64,000 bases of DNA from contig NZ_JBOFMZ010000035.1 of assembly GCF_051658645.1 (NCBI RefSeq), positions 40,678-104,677 of the forward strand, written 5' to 3'. The notes beneath the pieces were generated by a model. That model worked only from the letters and a program-made list of their open reading frames with translations. It did no database searches and was not told the DNA's origin. Shown one piece after another: positions 58,757 through 64,000 of this stretch. Numbering within the stretch: the stretch's first letter is position 1; each line of letters starts with the position of its first letter. The DNA is from Cetobacterium sp. (lineage in GTDB: Bacteria; Fusobacteriota; Fusobacteriia; Fusobacteriales; Fusobacteriaceae). A program made the position numbers and the translations under genes.

Positions 58757-59980
58757 ATGAGCATAATAGTTGAGAAATTAGATAACGGAATCACATTGTT
58801 AACTGAAGATATAAAGAGTATAAATACTGCAAGTATAGGATTTTTTGTAAGAGCTGGAGTAAAAAATGAATTACCTGGAGAAGAGGGAATATCTCACTTT
58901 ATAGAGCACTTATTGTTTAAAGGAACTACTAATAGGTCAGCAAAACAAATTTCTGAAGAAATTGATGATGAAGGTGGAATGATAAACGCATATACAAGTG
59001 TTGAAAATACAGCATACTACATTCAGATGACATCAAATACTTTGCATACAGGAATAGATATATTAAATGATATGTTTTTAAATTCAACTTTTACAGAAGA
59101 GAATATAGAGAAAGAAAGAAATGTAATAATAGAAGAGATAAGAATGTACGAAGATATACCTGAAGAGGTAGTACATGAAGAAAATTTAGAGTTTGCAATT
59201 AATGGAGTACAAAGTCAAAAAATAGCAGGTAGCTTAGAAAGCTTAAAGAAAATAGATAGAGCTGCTATTTTAAAGTATTTTAATGATTTATATAAACCAG
59301 AAAATATTATAATTTCAGTAGCTGGAAACATAGATTATAAAAATGTTTATAATCAGTTGAACAAAGGTATTGGACAATTAAAAGATAATAGTACTGAAAG
59401 AAGCTACAATGGAGAGATGTTTATAAATTCAGGTGAAAAGATAATTAATCAAGATACAAATCAAGTTCATCTTTGTGTAAATACTCCAGGTGTTTCTAAT
59501 AAAGCTGTTGGAAAAGTTGCAATGTCTGTTATTTCAAATGTTTTAGGTGGAAATATGAGTTCTAGACTTTTCCAAAAGATTAGAGAAGAAAGAGGACTTG
59601 CATATTCAGTTTACTCTTATACATCTAACTTTGATGAAGGAGGGTTATTTACAGTATATGCTGGAACAACTCATGAAGATTACAAAGAAGTTATCTCTAT
59701 AATTGAAGAAGAATTAAAAGAGTTAAAAGAAAATGGAATTACAGAAAAAGAGTTGAATAGATCTAAAAATCAATTTCTAAGTATGGTAACTTTTGGACTT
59801 GAGAGTAGCAAGGGTAAGATGACTAGAATGGCTAGTTCATATTTTGTTTATGGTTATGTAAGAGATATTGAGACTGTAATTAAAGAGATACAAGATGTAA
59901 ATTTAGAAGATATCAGAAAAGTTGCAAGAGAAATATTTGATGAAAGCAGATTATCTAAAACAATTTTAGGGAATCTTTAA
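58757..59980 (+). CDS. M16 family zinc peptidase (pitrilysin-like)
   Basis: SHFIEHLLFKG (HxxEH), INAYTS, EKERNVIIEE, SSRLFQKIRE..GLAY; start moved to ATG 58757 behind AGGAGG. Confidence 0.93.
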   Translation: MSIIVEKLDNGITLLTEDIKSINTASIGFFVRAGVKNELPGEEGISHFIEHLLFKGTTNRSAKQISEEIDDEGGMINAYTSVENTAYYIQMTSNTLHTGIDILNDMFLNSTFTEENIEKERNVIIEEIRMYEDIPEEVVHEENLEFAINGVQSQKIAGSLESLKKIDRAAILKYFNDLYKPENIIISVAGNIDYKNVYNQLNKGIGQLKDNSTERSYNGEMFINSGEKIINQDTNQVHLCVNTPGVSNKAVGKVAMSVISNVLGGNMSSRLFQKIREERGLAYSVYSYTSNFDEGGLFTVYAGTTHEDYKEVISIIEEELKELKENGITEKELNRSKNQFLSMVTFGLESSKGKMTRMASSYFVYGYVRDIETVIKEIQDVNLEDIRKVAREIFDESRLSKTILGNL

Positions 59981-59990
59981 GGGAGATAAA

Positions 59991-60431
59991 ATGGAAAACA
60001 TTATTGTTAAGTTAGTTTTAGAAAATGGCGTAGAATCACCTAAATATATGACAGAGGGTGCAGCTGGAATGGATGTTCAAGCTAATATACCTGAGGCAAT
60101 TATATTAAAAACTTTAGAAAGAAAATTAATTCCAACAGGAATCAAAATGGAAATACCATATGGTTATGAGGTTCAAGTAAGACCTAGAAGCGGTTTGGCT
60201 TTAAAACATGGAATAACTTTAGTAAATACTCCAGGTACGATAGATTCAGACTATAGAGGTGAAGTGGGAGTAATACTTATAAATCTTAGTAATGAAGAGT
60301 TTGTTGTTAATCCAGGAGAGAGAATAGGTCAGCTAGTTCTACAAAAAGTTTATAAAATGGAGTTTGAAAAGGTTCAGGAGTTATCTAAAACCGTTAGAGC
60401 TGAAGGTGGCTTTGGGCATACAGGAAAGTAG
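59991..60431 (+). CDS. dut: dUTP diphosphatase
   Basis: AAGMD, PRSG, GTIDSDYRGE, RAEGGFGHTG. Confidence 0.97.
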   Translation: MENIIVKLVLENGVESPKYMTEGAAGMDVQANIPEAIILKTLERKLIPTGIKMEIPYGYEVQVRPRSGLALKHGITLVNTPGTIDSDYRGEVGVILINLSNEEFVVNPGERIGQLVLQKVYKMEFEKVQELSKTVRAEGGFGHTGK

Positions 60432-60440
60432 GAGAATCAA

Positions 60441-61544
60441 ATGGGAAAAAATCATGATTTAGTAGTTACTATGAAAAGAATAAAAAAGATGAAAAATATG
60501 ATTTTGTATATTGCTTTATGCATAGTAGCAATAAGTTTGTTAACTGTTTATAGTGCAACAATCCATAAGGGAACATCATTTTTTTATAAAGAAATAATGT
60601 GGATAGGATTAGGAATAGTGACATACTTTATATTTTCATTTATAGATTATAGAATCTATGGAAAATACTATAAAGTAATTTATCTTGTAAATACAATACT
60701 TTTAGTATCGGTTTTTATTGTTGGTGATAAAAGACTTGGAGCACAGAGATGGTTAGATTTAGGATTCATAACAATACAACCTTCGGAATTTTCAAAACTT
60801 TTAATTGTTTTAACATTTTCTGAAGTTTTAGCAACTAAATTTAATAACAAATTTATAGGTTTAAAAAATATTATAGCAACAGCATTACACATAATTCCTA
60901 TTTTTTTACTTATAGCAGCCCAACCAGATTTAGGAACATCACTTGTTATAATATTTTTATATCTAGTATTAGTTTTTATGAATGGTATAGATTGGAAAAC
61001 AATAATTTTAATGGCAATCACAGGAATAACAATGGTACCAATAGGTTATTTTTTTCTTTTAAAAGATTACCAAAAAGAAAGAGTGTTAACGTTTTTGAAT
61101 CCCGAAGCTGATTTACTAGGAAGTGGATGGAATGTAACGCAATCAATGATAGCTGTTGGATCAGGTGGAGTTTTTGGAAAAGGATTTTTACAAGGAACAC
61201 AAAGTAAATTGAGATTTTTGCCAGAATCACACACAGATTTTATAGCGGCTGTATTTTTAGAAGAAAGAGGTTTAATAGGAGGATGTGTACTTCTAGCTTT
61301 GTATTCATTACTTTTATGGAGAATATTTAGAATAGGAGATAAATCTGAAAATCATGGGAAGTTTATAGCTTATGGGATATCATCAATTTTCTTTTTCCAT
61401 ATAGTTGTAAATATAGGAATGGTTACAGGAGTAATGCCAGTAACAGGTCTTCCACTTTTACTTATGAGCTATGGAGGTACATCATTTTTATTTGCCTTTG
61501 CTATGTTAGGAATAGTTCAAAGTATAAATGTTTATAAGGAGTAA
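60441..61544 (+). CDS. rodA: Rod shape-determining SEDS protein RodA
   Basis: GAQRW, QPSEFSK, QPDLGTS, QSMIAVGSGG, PESHTDF, EERG, PVTGLPL..MSYGG. Confidence 0.9.
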   Translation: MGKNHDLVVTMKRIKKMKNMILYIALCIVAISLLTVYSATIHKGTSFFYKEIMWIGLGIVTYFIFSFIDYRIYGKYYKVIYLVNTILLVSVFIVGDKRLGAQRWLDLGFITIQPSEFSKLLIVLTFSEVLATKFNNKFIGLKNIIATALHIIPIFLLIAAQPDLGTSLVIIFLYLVLVFMNGIDWKTIILMAITGITMVPIGYFFLLKDYQKERVLTFLNPEADLLGSGWNVTQSMIAVGSGGVFGKGFLQGTQSKLRFLPESHTDFIAAVFLEERGLIGGCVLLALYSLLLWRIFRIGDKSENHGKFIAYGISSIFFFHIVVNIGMVTGVMPVTGLPLLLMSYGGTSFLFAFAMLGIVQSINVYKE

Positions 61545-62410
61545 TGATGGAATATATTATAGATTCTAGTTTTAATGATGCTAGATTAGATAGATTTTTA
61601 AGAAAGAAATATGAAAATACTCCTTTAACAGAAATTTTTAAAGGCATAAGAACTGGAAAAATAAAAGTTAATGGAAAAAAATCAAAAGAAAATTATAGAT
61701 TAAAAGAAGGAGATATTATTAAAGTTTTAATATCTGGTGGAGAAACAGAAGAAAAAAAATTAATGAAAATTTCAGAAAAAGATATGGATTCTTTGAAAAA
61801 AGGAATTGTTTACGAAGATGAAAAAGTAGTTATTTTTAACAAAGAAGCAAATATGGTTATGCATAAAGGAAGTGGACATGACTATGGACTTTCAGAGCTT
61901 TTTAAAAGTTATTATAAAACAGATGAGTTTAACTTTGTAAATAGAATAGACAAATCTACATCTGGATTAGTAATAGGAGCTAAAAATTTAAATGTAACTA
62001 GAGAGTTAGCTCAAGAAGTTAGAGAAGGAAATACAGATAAAAAATATTATATTCTTGTGAATGGAATAGTATCTAAAAATGAATTTACTTTAAAAACTTA
62101 TTTGAAAAAAGAGGATACAAAAGTAGTTGAATTAGAGTCTTATGAACCAGGAGCTAAAGAGAGTATATCTTATTTTAAAGTTTTAAAAAGAGGAAAAAAG
62201 AATACAATATTAGAAGCAAAGCTAGAAACTGGAAGAACTCATCAGCTAAGAGTGCAACTTTCAAGCTTAGGGCACCCCATAGTTGGGGATGGCAAATATG
62301 GAAAAGCAGGTAAAAGCATGTTTTTATTCTCATACTACTGTGAAATTCCAAAATATAAATTAAAAATAGAATTACCATTACCAGAAAAGTATTTAGAAAG
62401 ATTGGATTAA
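61544..62410 (+). CDS. RluA-family pseudouridine synthase with S4 domain (RluC-like)
   Basis: N-terminal S4 (RLDRFL), NRIDKSTSG with catalytic Asp, TGRTHQLR, PIVGD. Confidence 0.9.
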   Translation: MMEYIIDSSFNDARLDRFLRKKYENTPLTEIFKGIRTGKIKVNGKKSKENYRLKEGDIIKVLISGGETEEKKLMKISEKDMDSLKKGIVYEDEKVVIFNKEANMVMHKGSGHDYGLSELFKSYYKTDEFNFVNRIDKSTSGLVIGAKNLNVTRELAQEVREGNTDKKYYILVNGIVSKNEFTLKTYLKKEDTKVVELESYEPGAKESISYFKVLKRGKKNTILEAKLETGRTHQLRVQLSSLGHPIVGDGKYGKAGKSMFLFSYYCEIPKYKLKIELPLPEKYLERLD

Positions 62411-62446
62411 AAAAAGGGGCTTTGAAATTTCAAAGCCCCTTTTTTT
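62409..62446. terminator. Bidirectional terminator; 38-bp perfect palindrome
   Basis: AAAAAAAGGGGCTTTGAAA|TTTCAAAGCCCCTTTTTTT between the convergent pseudouridine synthase and ftsZ-like genes. Confidence 0.88.
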
Positions 62447-63389
62447 TATCACAAAACGAATTTGCTACTAAAATAACTTTTAATGTATCTACAGAATCAT
62501 TATCAATAGACACACCTAATAAAACATCATCAATTTCATTTGCACATTTTTGTTTTATAGTATCTACAATAATACTTGACTCGATAAGATTTAAATTTTT
62601 AGGACCAACAATATTAACTAAAAATTTTTGAGCACCAAAGATACTTCTTTCAAAAAGAGATGAATCAATAGCAGAGATAGCTGCTTTATATGCTCTGTTT
62701 TCACCAGTACCTTCTCCAAATCCTAAAATAGCTTCTCCAGAATTTAAAAGTAGAGATTTAATATCCGCAAAATCTAGATTGATAAAACCTTTTGCGAGCA
62801 TTAAATCTGTCATACCTTTTACAGCAGTAAGTAAAATAAAATTACTTTTTTTAAAAGCTTCTTTAACTGTTATATTTTGATTTGAATTTTGAAGAAGTTT
62901 ATCATTTGGAATAACAATTAGTGAATCAACAAAAGGTTCAAGATTACTAATTCCAATTTCAGCTATCTTCATTCTTCTTTTACCTTCAAATGAAAATGGT
63001 CTCGTAACTATTGCAACAGTTAGAATATTCATCTCTTTTGCGAGTTTAGCAATAGCAGGAATAGCAGAACTTCCAGTTCCACCTCCCATAGTTGATGTTA
63101 AAAATAAAAAATCAGTTCCTTTGAGAATTTTTTTTATAAATGGCAGGCTTTCTTTTACCGCTTTTTCGCCAAGTTCCAAATTTCCACCACAGCCAAGTCC
63201 TTTCGTAGTAGAAACTCCAAGTTGTATTTTATGTAGCGTTTTAGAATTGTTTAAATCTTGTAAATCAGTATTGAGTGCAAAAAAATCAACTTCATCAATT
63301 TGTGAAGCGATAATTTCATCGATAGCATTTATACCACCACCGCCAATACCCATAACTTTTATATTTACATTTAATTTGTTATTTTTCAA
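62430..63389 (-). CDS. ftsZ: FtsZ paralogue (tubulin-like GTPase) lacking the C-terminal linker and tail
   Basis: GIGGGG, NTD, GLGCGG, MGGGTGSS, PFSFEG, IPNDKL, INLDFAD; TTG start at 63389 behind AAAGGGGGTGA (ORF track starts at 63410); 319 aa. Confidence 0.9.
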   Translation of the reverse strand: MKNNKLNVNIKVMGIGGGGINAIDEIIASQIDEVDFFALNTDLQDLNNSKTLHKIQLGVSTTKGLGCGGNLELGEKAVKESLPFIKKILKGTDFLFLTSTMGGGTGSSAIPAIAKLAKEMNILTVAIVTRPFSFEGKRRMKIAEIGISNLEPFVDSLIVIPNDKLLQNSNQNITVKEAFKKSNFILLTAVKGMTDLMLAKGFINLDFADIKSLLLNSGEAILGFGEGTGENRAYKAAISAIDSSLFERSIFGAQKFLVNIVGPKNLNLIESSIIVDTIKQKCANEIDDVLLGVSIDNDSVDTLKVILVANSFCDKKKGL

Positions 63390-63428
63390 AAAGTCACCCC
63401 CTTTAATCAAATAAGTAACAATAATATT

Positions 63429-63457
63429 TTAATACTACATAAAATCATATGTGTCAA
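63429..63457 (-). promoter_or_regulatory. Probable own promoter of the ftsZ paralogue
   Basis: Minus strand TTGACA (63457-63452) - 17 nt - TATTAA (63434-63429). Confidence 0.5.
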
Positions 63458-63466
63458 TATTTAAAA

Positions 63467-64000
63467 TTATTTTAAATGTTCAGTATCAGAGAATTTTATA
63501 ATTTTAAATTTTTCTGAATCGTATTGAACAAGAGTTGTACTTGTATTTTCAGGTATAGGCTGTTTTGAGAATTCATCTATTCCTTTGTTATTTATCAAAG
63601 TGAAAAGAGCTTTTAAAGTCACACCATGACTAACTACTAGTATATTCCCATCAATATTTTCAGAAATAAGTTTATTTAAACCTTTCCGAACTCTTTTTAA
63701 AATTTCATTATAACTTTCACCATTATATGCTACTGGATTATATTCACTAGCATTATGCCAAAAATTATGATATTCAATTGGATAGTTTTTTTCAAACTCA
63801 ACTCTTGCAATTCCTTCAACTTTACCCATGCTAATTTCTTTAAACTCTTCAATTGGGAATATTTCTAAATTTCTATCTCCTAAAATCAATTTAGTTGTTT
63901 CAATAGTTCTTCCTAAAGGTGATGAATAAACTTTATTAAATTCAATATTTTTTAAATGTATAGAAAGTTTTTTGGCTTGTTCAATTCCTAAACTAGTTAA
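63467..64000 (-). CDS. Histidine phosphatase (phosphoglycerate mutase-like) family protein; partial, starts beyond the window end
   Basis: The frame stays open past the ORF-track start: LTSLGIEQAKKL...VYSSPLGRTIET...EEFKEISMG...GESY...VVSHG, a typical histidine phosphatase pattern. Confidence 0.88.
   Translation of the reverse strand, partial: LTSLGIEQAKKLSIHLKNIEFNKVYSSPLGRTIETTKLILGDRNLEIFPIEEFKEISMGKVEGIARVEFEKNYPIEYHNFWHNASEYNPVAYNGESYNEILKRVRKGLNKLISENIDGNILVVSHGVTLKALFTLINNKGIDEFSKQPIPENTSTTLVQYDSEKFKIIKFSDTEHLK

Noticed and set aside
666-63414. Many short antisense or off-frame ORFs in the track (e.g. 3051..3716, 22440..22811, 31093..31512, 37354..37746, 52217..52783)
   Set aside because: They lie opposite well-supported genes, have the F/L/S/I-rich composition expected from the reverse of AT-rich coding DNA, and show no SD or motif.
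1-64000. CRISPR arrays, rRNA, tRNA, IS elements, Sec/Pyl readthrough
   Set aside because: No spaced direct repeats, GC-rich structural RNA, transposase or interrupted conserved ORF was seen; intergenic gaps are all under about 200 bp.

Overview
A 64 kb, very AT-rich stretch of bacterial core chromosome. Gene order and protein style point to Fusobacteriaceae (Cetobacterium/Fusobacterium-like); this is an inference, since no database search was possible. It is almost wall-to-wall housekeeping genes: citrate lyase activation (citXG partial, citC); accDA-pfkA-recR; xseA-dprA-topA-trmFO-xerC-like-yqeH; ftsY; the fermentation core (pta-ackA-PFOR, pflBA); an LPS-core operon running into recA-recX-plsC; tsaD, dusB and mutS; the Lpt system; alaS, secDF, alr, dut and rodA; and a stand-alone second ftsZ. 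I saw no rRNA, tRNA, CRISPR array, IS element or prophage. Five things most deserve a second look. (1) The XerC-position recombinase has lost its first catalytic Arg and its GKG-Lys loop. (2) An FtsZ paralogue lies outside the dcw cluster, has no C-terminal tail and stops inside a 38-bp perfect palindrome. (3) A 918-aa membrane-anchored tandem beta-jellyroll protein sits where lptC and lptA normally are. (4) A chorismate mutase missed by the ORF track apparently starts at ATT and carries a decayed prephenate-dehydratase-like tail. (5) A repeated TTGACTCAA / TTGAC-N6-GTCAA operator-like motif occurs at the PFOR and PFL promoters. Several starts were moved from the ORF track to the codon with a visible Shine-Dalgarno site.
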